DNA of 64,000 nucleotides from assembly GCA_963813715.1 (NCBI GenBank), contig CAWFAK010000005.1:224001-288000 (forward strand). The letters run 5' to 3'. Shown here piece after piece: positions 41,626 to 51,348 of this stretch; the first letter of the stretch is position 1, and the number at the start of each line of letters is the position of its first letter. Both the position numbers and the translations under genes were made by a program. The notes below the pieces were generated by a model. It worked only from the letters and a program-made list of their open reading frames with translations, was not told the origin of the DNA and searched no databases. Source of the stretch: an uncultured Planctomycetaceae bacterium. Its GTDB lineage: Bacteria > Planctomycetota > Planctomycetia > Planctomycetales > Planctomycetaceae.

Positions 41626-42388
41626 GGGTGGCACTGGCGGCTCGTCCGCCAGTGGACTTTTTCATTGCGACAATAGTGCGTGGTTGGTCACTGCCCTCGA
41701 TGGCAAGCGCCGGCAATGGGTGACGATCACAAGCGACTGAAGCATTTCCACTCACCAGGGGACCTTCACGAGCTCACGTTTTCTTGCAACGGTCGCCGCC
41801 CATTGCTCGCTGACGAATCGACTTGCAAGCTCCTCTGTCAGAGCATCGATCAGGCAATGAGTCGCCATCGGCATCGGCTCATCGCGTTTGTGCTCATGCC
41901 GGAGCACGTGCATCTCTTGGTGCTTCCCACCTCGATCGAGTGCGACATTGCCGGTTTGCTGTTTTCAATCAAGAGACCGTTCTCGTATCGCGTGAAGCAG
42001 TACTACGAAGCAACGCGAAGCGACTTGCGATCCGGACTGGTCGTGCGCGAGCGCGCAGGAAAGTCCGCGTTTCGCTTTTGGCAAGAAGGAGCCGGCTACG
42101 ATCGCAATCTTTTCGAGCCCCAATCGGTTCTCGCGGCGATCGATTACATCCATCTGAATCCGGTGCGACGGGGCTTGGTTACTCGAGCCAAAGATTGGAA
42201 GTGGTCGAGCTGTCGGTGGTATCTGAGCGATCGACGAGACGTTGATCCCGACTTGCCCACAATCCACGGCTTGCCTGGCGAGTTGGGCTAGGGAAAAAGA
42301 CGAGTGGGGGCAAGTCGGACGAGCCGTGCGCCACGGAACTGGGATCCGCGCCAAAAGACCACTGGCGGGCAAGCCGCCAGTGCCACCC
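41626..42388. mobile_element. RAYT locus flanked by inverted REP-A copies
   Basis: REP-A at 41626-41654 and 42360-42388 brackets the Y1 transposase. Confidence 0.88.
41716..42291 (+). CDS. REP-associated tyrosine transposase (RAYT/TnpA-REP)
   Basis: LTFSC, FVLMPEHVHLL (HUH), FWQ..YDR, YIHLNPVRRGL and WKWSS. Confidence 0.92.
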   Translation: MGDDHKRLKHFHSPGDLHELTFSCNGRRPLLADESTCKLLCQSIDQAMSRHRHRLIAFVLMPEHVHLLVLPTSIECDIAGLLFSIKRPFSYRVKQYYEATRSDLRSGLVVRERAGKSAFRFWQEGAGYDRNLFEPQSVLAAIDYIHLNPVRRGLVTRAKDWKWSSCRWYLSDRRDVDPDLPTIHGLPGELG

Positions 42389-42440
42389 GGCGGCACACCA
42401 TCTCGAGCTAGAGCACCCGGCGCATCGCTAGAATGTCGGC

Positions 42441-42782
42441 ATGAGGCCAGAATTTGCTCTGTGGGCGTTCGAGGCGGTCGGCGTCCTGATCCTGTTGTGG
42501 TTCAAGGTGCCCCTGTCGTACGCGATCGAGGTCGTGGCCGCGGCGGTGATCCTCGACTGGATCGTCGACCGCTGGATTCTCCGACGGAAACCCGTTGAAC
42601 CCCGGCAACTCCTGCCGAATCGGCGATTGCTCACGGCCATCATCTGCGGATCGCTCGGCGCGGCGGCCGGCGTCGGCATGGGCCTCTTCATGCAGTGCGA
42701 CGCGACCACGCTGCTGTGGCTGGGGATTCTGCCGGGCGCCGTGGGGTTTTTCTTTGGACTCGTGTTCAAAATGACGGCGTAG
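42441..42782 (+). CDS. Small membrane protein
   Basis: 113 aa with about four hydrophobic segments. Confidence 0.65.
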   Translation: MRPEFALWAFEAVGVLILLWFKVPLSYAIEVVAAAVILDWIVDRWILRRKPVEPRQLLPNRRLLTAIICGSLGAAAGVGMGLFMQCDATTLLWLGILPGAVGFFFGLVFKMTA

Positions 42783-42807
42783 AGGGCGCGAAGACTCACG
42801 GGCGGGC

Positions 42808-43119
42808 TTAAATTCTACGCAAGCCGATCCTGCCAGAATCCGGGGCGCCGACTCGTGTGGGCGACAGCCAACGCCAGGAGGATTTTGTCGGCCTGGAGCT
42901 CGAACAGGACCCTAAGACGTCGCGGCAGGCCCTGTCGCAGTTCGCGCGAGCCAGCGTAATCTCCGGCCGCGAGAAGCTTTCTGGAGCCTCCTCAATCCGC
43001 TCAAAGAGATGCGACAGCGAGTCGAGGAATTCCGTTCCCAATCCGGCGCGTCGCGCTTCGTACCACTGGTATGCGACTTCGATGTCCTGTTGCGCCTCCT
43101 GCGTCAGTTGGAGCCGCAT
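42808..43119 (-). CDS. RelE/ParE toxin (frameshifted)
   Basis: MRLQLTQEAQQDIEVAYQWYE..GLGTEF; C-terminal AVAHTSRRPGFW in another frame. Confidence 0.82.
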   Translation of the reverse strand: MRLQLTQEAQQDIEVAYQWYEARRAGLGTEFLDSLSHLFERIEEAPESFSRPEITLARANCDRACRDVLGSCSSSRPTKSSWRWLSPTRVGAPDSGRIGLRRI

Positions 43120-43361
43120 CGCTTCGCGTCTGCCGATTCACGAGTGCGAAGTCGCGAAAGCACGGTTCGCCAATCCTCGGCGGTCGTTTCGCCTCGCTCG
43201 TAAGCCCGAGCGCGGTTTTCGATTTCCGTCATCCAGGCGGCTGCGATTTCGGGCGTGGCGAAGTCGCCGCGGAAGCTTTGCTCGATGACGTCGGCCACGT
43301 AAGCCCGATCCTCGGGGGAGAGGGATAAGGCTTGCTGTGCAATCTCTTCGCGACTCGACAT
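43104..43361 (-). CDS. Addiction-module antitoxin (TIGR02574-like)
   Basis: ALSLSPEDRA ... AWMTEIENR ... W; overlaps the toxin gene. Confidence 0.85.
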   Translation of the reverse strand: MSSREEIAQQALSLSPEDRAYVADVIEQSFRGDFATPEIAAAWMTEIENRARAYERGETTAEDWRTVLSRLRTRESADAKRCGSN

Positions 43362-43613
43362 GACCGGCTCCCAGCGTTCCTAGATTAAGCCAATTCTCCC
43401 ATGTTTTCCCCTGGTCTGCGAGGGGTTTGCGGAATGACGAAATTTTTTGAAATCTTTCGCAATTTGCGCGAACCCGGGTCATCCACTAGTCGTCTTGTGG
43501 TCGTTGGAGATAATGTTGCAATGCAGGCCACGGGCCTGTAGACTTTGACGGAGTAGTGTTCTTCTGTTTAGTTTCCCTGAGCGACTGCGGTTCTAGCCGC
43601 AGGAGGTCGTGCC

Positions 43614-44000
43614 ATGCATCCGAATTTTGACAACGCCTGCCAAAACGTCGTCAATCACGTCTCGAACGCCAACGCGTTCGTCGGACATTCGGTGGCTTGC
43701 GTCGACGCGACCTCGAAACGCCTGCTCGGCAGGAAACGTTCGTCGATGCGGCCCCAGCACCTACTGGGCGACTCGCTGTCGGACTATCAGCCCGACATGT
43801 CGAGTCCGCGGGATGCCATGTCCCGCGGAGCACGCCCAACCACGCCAACGCGTTCATTACGAACGCAGACGTGGCAGGCGCAGGGCACGCCAGCCGCCAT
43901 TGCGGCGGCAGGTACCGAGCTTGCCGCCACAAGGGCGGCAGGTACTCAGCCAGCCGCCATTTGGGCGGCGCTGGTGATCGCGAGAGCGCTCGCCAGTTAG
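43614..44000 (+). CDS. Low-complexity ORF upstream of the ECF sigma
   Basis: AGGAGG SD then ATG; 128 aa with a 10-aa repeat; no recognisable family. Confidence 0.45.
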   Translation: MHPNFDNACQNVVNHVSNANAFVGHSVACVDATSKRLLGRKRSSMRPQHLLGDSLSDYQPDMSSPRDAMSRGARPTTPTRSLRTQTWQAQGTPAAIAAAGTELAATRAAGTQPAAIWAALVIARALAS

Positions 44001-44269
44001 GGCAACACGGTCGACGAGTCGTTTTTGGCTTTGAGCGAACGGGTTTCCCGGCCTCCCGGCGTCTGATTCCGGTTGCCGTCGTCTCCCCGTTCCTTCCCGC
44101 GTGGTTCTGTTGCTTTCCGGCTGTGGACTTCGTTCCCAGCCTGCGAGCAACGCCGAACCTCACGGCCGGCTGCGGAAAATTTCACCCCGCAGCTCGGCAA
44201 GCCGTTCCTGTTTCAGCGGTTTGCAGCGTTTCAACGCATCAGGCCGCTCCCAGGTGGGAGCAAACGAAA

Positions 44270-44821
44270 ATGGAAGAGCAACGAACCATCCGGTTGGTGT
44301 TGGAAGCCCAAGCCGGCAGCCGCGAAGCTTTCGGGCAGCTCGTGACCCAGTTCGAGACCACGGTCTTCGCGACCGTGATGTCGCGGCTGCGGAACCGGGC
44401 CGAGGCCCGCGAAGTGACGCAGGACGTGTTCGTGCAGGCCATGCGCAAGCTCGCGCAGCTCCGCGAGCCCGAACGGTTCGGGGGCTGGCTGCGGCAGATC
44501 GCGGTGCGGATGTCGATCAACCGCGCCGTGCGGCGGCCGCCGGAGATGACGCTCAGCCCGGAAACGTTCACGTCGCTGAAGACCGAGCCGCGAACCCCGC
44601 TCGACGACCTGCTCCGCATGGAGCGGTCGACGCAGGTCTGGGGCGGACTGTCGAAGCTTCGCGACCTCGACCGCCGAACGCTGATCGCGTTCTACGTCGA
44701 GGGGCAGTCGCTCAAGCAAATGAGCGACAAGTTCGACAGCCCGATCGGCACGATCAAGCGCCGGCTGCACACGGCTCGGACCCGGCTCCGCAAGGAGCTG
44801 ACCGAGGCGATCCCGGCGTGA
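44270..44821 (+). CDS. ECF sigma-70 factor
   Basis: EVTQDVF, QLREPERFGGWL and PIGTIKRRLHTAR. Confidence 0.93.
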   Translation: MEEQRTIRLVLEAQAGSREAFGQLVTQFETTVFATVMSRLRNRAEAREVTQDVFVQAMRKLAQLREPERFGGWLRQIAVRMSINRAVRRPPEMTLSPETFTSLKTEPRTPLDDLLRMERSTQVWGGLSKLRDLDRRTLIAFYVEGQSLKQMSDKFDSPIGTIKRRLHTARTRLRKELTEAIPA

Positions 44822-44859
44822 CGGATCGAAGCGCGTGATGATCGGCACGCGTCAGAACG

Positions 44860-44895
44860 AAGCACGGGCGGTTTAGGCCGCCCGTGCTTTTTTTT
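44860..44895 (+). terminator. Rho-independent terminator
   Basis: AAGCACGGGCGG-TTTAGG-CCGCCCGTGCTT followed by a T run. Confidence 0.88.
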
Positions 44896-44944
44896 GACGT
44901 TCTTTTGACGGAAGGCGGATCCCTCGGGGTCGCCGCGAACCGGG

Positions 44945-45298
44945 CTATCGCTTCGCGATATCCCTGCGACGGACGGCGATCAGTTTTTTCACGAGCGTTT
45001 TGGGAAGCGGTTTGTCGATCGAAAACTGCAACGCACCTTTCGAGGTCACATAGCCGGCGACGTCATCCGCCAGCTCCGCGAGGACGGAACCACTGTGAGG
45101 CAGGTAACTCAGGTGGTTTTTGAAGGCGGCGAATCCGGCAATCACCTTGCCGTCCAGCCGAAACGCCGGCATGCCATACGAGATGCCTTCCTCCGCCTTC
45201 GGGATGATGCTCTGAATGGTCCGCCGCAAATGCCGCAGGGTGCTCCGCTTCGGCTCGTCGAGATTCGCCAGATAGTCGTCAATCTCTTTCTGAGACAT
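44945..45298 (-). CDS. DUF1801/YdhG-like protein
   Basis: IDDYLA, EGISYGMPAF, AAFKNHLS and SKGALQF. Confidence 0.88.
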   Translation of the reverse strand: MSQKEIDDYLANLDEPKRSTLRHLRRTIQSIIPKAEEGISYGMPAFRLDGKVIAGFAAFKNHLSYLPHSGSVLAELADDVAGYVTSKGALQFSIDKPLPKTLVKKLIAVRRRDIAKR

Positions 45299-45420
45299 GC
45301 GGTCATTTTAGGCGGCGTACAGACACCGTCAATTTGGCTGTGTGGCCCCGGCGTCTTAAAGCTCGGATCGTTTGAGAGCTGGTGGTCTCGTGATTAGCAC
45401 CCGGGGGATCCCTCGCTCAC

Positions 45421-45525
45421 CAACAAATTGCATTAGCGATACTAAGTGTTGCGCCGAGAAGAGTTTTGCGTACACCTTCGAAAGCTATGTCGGTAAGGAC
45501 TTACGTCGTCACATGCAATTGGTTG
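45421..45525. mobile_element. 105-bp MITE inserted in a REP-D loop
   Basis: TIRs CAACAAATTGCAT / ATGCAATTGGTTG (12/13); TSD TCAC; empty site CCCTCGC-TCAC-GCTTCGGGTT; partner REP-D at 45554-45583. Confidence 0.88.
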
Positions 45526-45609
45526 TCACGCTTCGGGTTAGTGAATTCATCATACCAACCCGAAGTGTCAGCGAGGGATCTTCATCGCAGCGAAGTGTGT
45601 CGGGCGGCC

Positions 45610-46627
45610 TCACGCAGATCCGTGCGCACGGCACTCGGCGTTCAAAGCCGGGCGGCCGACTTGGGGATGATGTGGTCGGCCGGCTTTTGCAGGTCGCGGT
45701 TCTTTTTCTCGTTCGACCACCAACGCCGCCAGTCGTCCCGGTTGTAGCCCAACTTTTGATCGGTGATCTTGGACAGCGTGTCCATGACCGCCAGATTTCG
45801 ATCCTTCACCGCCATCGGCAAATTTTGCGGCCGTTTCTCGACCAGGTGGTACGTCAAAACGGCGGCACGGCTTTCCGAAACAGGAGGGGCACAACAGGAC
45901 AAACACGGTCGACGGCGAGAGCTCCACCGCCTGCGCCGTGCGGAACGTCATCGCCTCGATCAAATAGGGAACCGCGTCGCGGTGGGATCGCCGATTTCAG
46001 CAATGCCCTTCGCCGCCAGGCTGACGAGCTGTTGGTCGCGGGTCTTGAGAGCCTCGATGTACAACGGACGCGCGAAGTCGGCTCGATCGGAACCGATCGC
46101 CTGGCGGGCCGCCTCGCGGACCTGCGGCGACGGATCGTAAAGCGACAGCGCGACGAGATAGTAAACCGGCTTCGCGCCGGGAATCCCGCGGGCGATCATC
46201 ACGAACAAGAGCCGCGCCTCTTCCAGCGGGCTGCTGGCCAGATAACGGGTGAGGGCCGGCAGCGCGTCGGGATCTTCAATCCGCAAAAGTTCCGCTCGCG
46301 CGCTGCGGCTTTGATCGCGCTTGGTCCCCAACAGCCGTGAGACGAGCGACCGGATTTTCGGCATCCACGCCTCTTCCTCGGCCGTTAGACGCAGCCTCCG
46401 GGAACTCGCCTTGGCACCGGCGGCCTGCGCGGATCGGCGCCGTGCTTCACTTGCTTGACCGAGTCCCGATCGAAAACGATCACCGTCCCGCAGGACGTGC
46501 AGAGCGTGACCGACTTCGCGGTTCCGGAATAGCCGACGAGACGGCCGTGGACCACGCCGCCGTTATTCAGCGTGACACTATCGGCCCGCCCCATCGCGAG
46601 CGGCAGCAGAATGGAGAACGCAATCAC
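45610..46627 (-). CDS. Exported HEAT-repeat protein (frameshifted)
   Basis: Signal peptide and ADSVTLNNGG; HEAT motifs; DWRRWW; ORFs 46385, 45960 and 45642. Confidence 0.65.
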
Positions 46628-46930
46628 TGCCAGCGGGCGCGCTGAACACCAGCTCGAAAGCGCATCGGAATGTCTCCATTCGGAGGCAGCTGGTCGAGAA
46701 CGCTACGGAGCAACCCTTCGCGGTGGGCAGCGGCCCGAAAAATTCGCGCGACACCTAAGCTTAATCGTACGAACCGAGCGCCCAAAAGCAATAAAAGTTT
46801 GTTGCCAGCCCGGTGGCAAGCGGAGTGTCACGCCTGCGTGGTTTCAATCCCGGCAAACGCGGTCGCACGCGCCGCGGTACAATTTCCGCGGCAGCAAGTG
46901 ACCCTGAGGATCCGTCTGCGGCGAGGCGAA

Positions 46931-47291
46931 ATGCTGTTTATCTATCCGATGTGGGATTCCGAAAGTCAGCGCCTCGGACTCAAAGCCTGCACGCCGCGCG
47001 GCTATGTGCACTTCACTGCCTGGCAGAGGCGATAGGAGTTGTTGGCTTGTTCTGTTGCCTGTCACAGGGATCTTTTTGATTGGCCTGGCGTGCCTTGGTT
47101 GGTTTCACACTGAATATTTTGGGTTGTTCCTCGCGCCATTCGCGGCGGGCGTCCTCTCGGAATCAACCATGTGCGTTTCTCGGGTCTGTGCAAAAAGAAA
47201 GCGTTTCGACTATGACGCTGAAACCCGGACGGCCAGCTGGATTGAGCAGGGTGTCGCTCAAGAATTCCAATGGAAACAGGTGAAGCGTTAA
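46931..47291 (+). CDS. Small membrane protein (frameshifted)
   Basis: GAGG SD then MLFIYPMWDSESQR; TM segments; ends RTASWIEQG..KQVKR. Confidence 0.5.
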
Positions 47292-47321
47292 TCCGACCAA
47301 CGCGCGTACGCCGCAAAACTG

Positions 47322-47361
47322 AAGACATGCCCACGCGGAGCCGTGGGGATGGCACCCGGCG
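47322..47361. repeat. REP-H, left arm of an inverted pair
   Basis: AAGACATGCCCACGCGGAGCCGTGGGGATGGCACCCGGCG, near reverse complement of 48399-48438; a third copy runs to about 48483. Confidence 0.82.
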
Positions 47362-47388
47362 CCCTGACACCTTTGTTACGGCCGTAGC

Positions 47389-48391
47389 ATGAGCGACTCA
47401 ACCTGGATCTTTACGTATGTTGGAATTGCCGCGGATTGGCCCACGATGCATTGGCTGATCGCCCGTGACGGGGCACTTCGAGGAATGTGGTTGCGCCAAG
47501 CCGACGGATTGATTGGGTCGGCACTGAGCCCGTGCTTAAGGAACTCGGGATCGAAACGAGTAAGGAGAAGGTTGCGAAGCTTGCTCAGCTAACCCAGCGC
47601 TTCCAGGAAGAGCGGAACTCGCGCCTTTCGAAATTGACCCCGAAGGAACTCAACCGGAGGGGGCCTACGATTCAAAAGGAGCTGCGAGCGAAGGCCAATC
47701 TCGAACTGCAGCAGATCTTTGACGAGACGCGAATACGCCCGCCTCGAACAGATCGATTGGCAGGCAGCGGGTCCACGGGCGTTGCAATATGTTGAAATCG
47801 TCAGAGGCGCTGGCCCTCAGGAAAAAGCAGAGACAAAGTCTCTCGTCGCTGGCTCGCAAGACCTCGCGGCTCGTGAAGACACTCCTGAGTGCAGGCGGCA
47901 CGCCTCGCCCCAAAAAAGATAAAGAGCTCAACTCAGTCTTCGTTGCCCTCAAGGCCGAGCACGAGAAGGAAGCCGGCAAGATTCTCAGCCCGACACAACG
48001 AAAGAAATTCGCCCGGCTGAAAGGGAAGCCCGCATCCATTCCTCTCGAGCACTTGAGACCCTCTACCGAAGTCCGTGGAACGACCGTCGTCATCGACATC
48101 AAAAACGCAGGCCTCATGGTGACCTTAGAGACGCGAGGGTGGTCGTCTCTCGTCACGGCAGCGACCGGACCGCATCGACACGAAGTGATCACCACCCCGG
48201 GCGAGCAATCGGTCACCATCACCGTGTTTTCGAGCCGCCCAATCAGGCATCTCAGCTCGAACGAAAGCTTCAGCGTTCAAAGCGACCAAACTCGAACTCT
48301 TGTGGTATCGCTCGTCGGCGGACAAGTAAGCGCGAGGGTCGATAATGATTCGCCGTTAACGTTCCGAAGGGGACTCGCACGGCAAAGGTAA
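47389..48391 (+). CDS. Hypothetical protein (frameshifted; start uncertain)
   Basis: ORFs 47487, 47719 and 47789 form a helical protein (LEQIDWQAAG, ILSPTQRKKF). Confidence 0.5.
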
Positions 48392-48731
48392 AGCCATGCG
48401 CCGGGTGCCATGCCCACGGCTCGGCGTGGGCATGTCTTGCCGCTCGCCGCATGCTCACGCAAAGCCGTGAGCATGGCATACACTCAGCGCCAACTTGGCG
48501 GACGCGCTCGCTATTCGTTCCGGTCCAGCAAAACTGATCTTCGCAAATCTCAGGAACTGGTATAATGGAAGCGTGACAACCTGATGTCGCATGACGGAGA
48601 CGCGTAAAGCGTCGCAAGTCTCTTAACGAGAGCCGTCGCCTTTTCAGCCGCTGGGCTGGGCGATGGCTTTGTTTGTTTGCAAGCCGGTCTCGCTCAGCAA
48701 GGCGGTGCAACAACCAATTTGCGAGACTGGT

Positions 48732-50471
48732 ATGCAGCACGAAAACGAAAATGAGATCGGGACGGTCGCGGGTAACGGCGCAGCGACGGGCAACGGCGCA
48801 GCAACAGAAAATCGGACCGCGACAAGCCATGGGATCGGAAACGGGGCAGGCAACAAGCCGCTCGGGACGTGGACGCTGGCCGGCCACACGTACACGAATT
48901 ACGCCGAGTTTTGCGAGGCGCGCGATCGGCGGCAGCGGGAGTTTCTGACGCGGAGCGGCGGGGCTAAGTCGGACGAGCTGGGGCCACCGTTGGTCGTGCC
49001 CGAGGACGCAACGCCTGAGAATTTCAATCCGGAGAGCGAGTGGCCCGTCTCCTCGGAGATCAATGCGGCCCTCAAGAATCGCTTTCGGCTCTTCAACGGG
49101 GCTCAGCTCAAGTCGGCCAAAGCCACTCGCTACTTGATTCCCGGCATTCTGGCGGCCGGGCAGCCCGGGGGCATCTACGGCGGGTTCAAGACGCTCAAGA
49201 CGTCGCTGGCGGCCGATCTCTTGATCTCGCTGGCCAGCGGCACGCCGTTTCTCGGGCGGTTTCCGGTCGCGAAGCCGGGGCGAGTGGTGTTTCTGTCGGG
49301 CGAGGCCGGGCTCGAGGCGCTCAAGGCGACCGCGGACCGCATCTGTCGCGAGCGCGGCTTATCGCTGGAGTCACTCGAGAATTTTCATCTTTCGCCCGAT
49401 CTCCCGCGGCTCGATCGGCCAGTCGACGTGATGGCCCTCCGCGAATTGATCGAGATTCAACAGCCGATCTGCCTGGTAATCGACCCGATCTCGCTGGCGA
49501 TGGGCGACTCCAACAGCCGCAACCCGTTCGCCGTCGGAGCGCTGCTGCGGGAACTGGTCGAGCTGTGCGACACGACGGGCTGCGCGATCCTCGTCGTACA
49601 TCATGCCAAGCGTTCGCACAAAGCGGGCAGCCCGCCCATGCTCGACGACATTGCCTGGAGCGGCTTTGCCGAGTTCTCCGCCCAGTGGCTGTTGGTCTCG
49701 CGCCGCCGGCCGTACAACCCCGACACGGGCCATCACGAGTTGTGGCTCTCCTCGGGCGGCCGCGCGGGACATGCCGGCTTGTGGGCTCTCGACGTCGACG
49801 AAGGCGCCCCACCCGCGCTGCCGGACGAGGGACCGCTGCCATCCGCCCCCGAAGACCACCGCACTTGGAGAACAGCCCTGCGCTCGGTCGCCTGGGCCGA
49901 GGCTCAAGCGGACGAACAGTTCGTCGCCACTCGGGAAGATCGCCAATTGCGTCGCCGAGCGATGGCCGTCGAGCGTCAGAGCCAGCGCATGTTGGAGTTT
50001 CTCGCCGCCTACCCGGACGGCTGCACGGCCCGCTTCATGCGGGACCCGTTGGGCGTCAGCGGCGACCGGATGACGCGGCTGCTCGACCGCCTGATCGAGC
50101 AAGGCCAGATCGTCAAAAACGAAGATCGATCATTCGACAGCCGTCGCCCGATTGTGACGTACAGCCGCGTGAAAGTCATGGACCTGTCGGCGGCCGCCAT
50201 CAAAGCCGGCCGCGTGTCACGCCCGGACGAAAAGACCTACGACCCCAAGACCGGCTGGGGCAATGCCCCAGGCCCCGGTGCGGGCGGGGTCGGGGGTCGT
50301 GGAATGCATTGTGCCGCGGCACGCGGGATGGGCGATGAGTCGACCCGCGCGGTGGGACGGGACGCGGGACGGGACACGGTGTTTCATCGGGAAAATAGCG
50401 GTGTTTTGCCTGCCACCAACGACCAGCGTGAGGCGGCAGCCAGCGTGCCGTCACAGTCCGAATCGGCGTGA
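48732..50471 (+). CDS. AAA_25/RepA-like ATPase with probable C-terminal wHTH
   Basis: Walker A GGFKTLKT, LSGEAG, Walker B LVIDP, VVHH and AWSGFAEF. Confidence 0.82.
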   Translation: MQHENENEIGTVAGNGAATGNGAATENRTATSHGIGNGAGNKPLGTWTLAGHTYTNYAEFCEARDRRQREFLTRSGGAKSDELGPPLVVPEDATPENFNPESEWPVSSEINAALKNRFRLFNGAQLKSAKATRYLIPGILAAGQPGGIYGGFKTLKTSLAADLLISLASGTPFLGRFPVAKPGRVVFLSGEAGLEALKATADRICRERGLSLESLENFHLSPDLPRLDRPVDVMALRELIEIQQPICLVIDPISLAMGDSNSRNPFAVGALLRELVELCDTTGCAILVVHHAKRSHKAGSPPMLDDIAWSGFAEFSAQWLLVSRRRPYNPDTGHHELWLSSGGRAGHAGLWALDVDEGAPPALPDEGPLPSAPEDHRTWRTALRSVAWAEAQADEQFVATREDRQLRRRAMAVERQSQRMLEFLAAYPDGCTARFMRDPLGVSGDRMTRLLDRLIEQGQIVKNEDRSFDSRRPIVTYSRVKVMDLSAAAIKAGRVSRPDEKTYDPKTGWGNAPGPGAGGVGGRGMHCAAARGMGDESTRAVGRDAGRDTVFHRENSGVLPATNDQREAAASVPSQSESA

Positions 50472-50856
50472 GTCAGGGCGTAGTTGCGAAGGAAGGGGGT
50501 GTCGCTCGCGGCGACCGAAATTTGTCTCGCCCCGTTGGGGCTTCAGGGGAGGGAATTGGTGGTTCCCGGATCCCAGGCCTGCGCTGCGCTCCGACCTGGG
50601 CTATCGAATCTCGCCCCGTTGGGGCTTAACGGCAGCAGGGGCTCAGAGGACGACGCGGAGGCGGCAGCCAGCATGTCATCGCAACCGAGTGCGGCCGCAG
50701 CGGGTCCAGGGGCGTTGCCCCTGGGACGGGACACGTTGTTTCATCGGGAAAACAGCGGTGTTTTGCCTTCCACCAACGACCAGCGTGAAGCGGCAGCCGG
50801 CGTGCCATCACACCCGAGTCTGGCCGCACCGGGTCCAGGGGCACTGCCCCTGGGAT
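50366..50856. repeat. Overlapping direct repeats plus a palindromic element
   Basis: 50366-50455 matches 50723-50812; 50658-50727 matches 50787-50856; REP-like hairpins at 50524-50630. Confidence 0.85.
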
Positions 50857-50946
50857 TTCGGATCTATCGAGGCTCGGGGTCATCCCTTAAACTGCATCCC
50901 TTGCTGACTGGCCCCTTTGGTGGGCAGGCGGAGGATGCAGGGAACC

Positions 50947-51273
50947 ATGCCGCGACGTGCGAACTATCTCAATGTTTATCAGACCGGCAAGCTGACGGTG
51001 GTCAGCTTTGTGAGTGCCGAGCTGTTGGATCAGATCGTGGTCAGCGAGTGTCGGAAGGAGATTGCCGAGCTGATTCAGCAGCATCAGTGCGAGACACTGG
51101 CGTTCGATCTCACCGGCGTGAAGCTGGTGCCCAGCGGCATGTTGGGGATGCTGGCTTCGCTCGGGCGGCTGGGTGTGCAGGTGTTGGTCTACAATCCTTC
51201 CGACGATATTCGCGAAGTGCTCGAGATCACGCGGCTCGACTCGTTGCTGCAGGTGCAGAGGGTCGACGTGTGA
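50947..51273 (+). CDS. STAS domain protein
   Basis: FDLTGVKLVPSGMLG and IREVLEITRLD. Confidence 0.88.
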   Translation: MPRRANYLNVYQTGKLTVVSFVSAELLDQIVVSECRKEIAELIQQHQCETLAFDLTGVKLVPSGMLGMLASLGRLGVQVLVYNPSDDIREVLEITRLDSLLQVQRVDV

Positions 51274-51348
51274 GGCGTCGCGCGCGGGGCGGTGCGGGTT
51301 TTTGCCTGCCGATGCGTCCCGCAGTCTCGTTTTTGGCGACCGATTGAG

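Noticed and set aside
41716..42291. IS200/IS605 element with TnpB
   Set aside because: No tnpB; the NPVRRGL/WKWSS C-terminus and multicopy REP flanks indicate a RAYT.
43893..43969. CRISPR array
   Set aside because: The 30-bp period leaves no room for unique spacers, there are only three units, and no cas genes are present.
50366..50812. DGR template/variable repeat pair
   Set aside because: Mismatches are not adenine-specific and there is no reverse transcriptase in the window.
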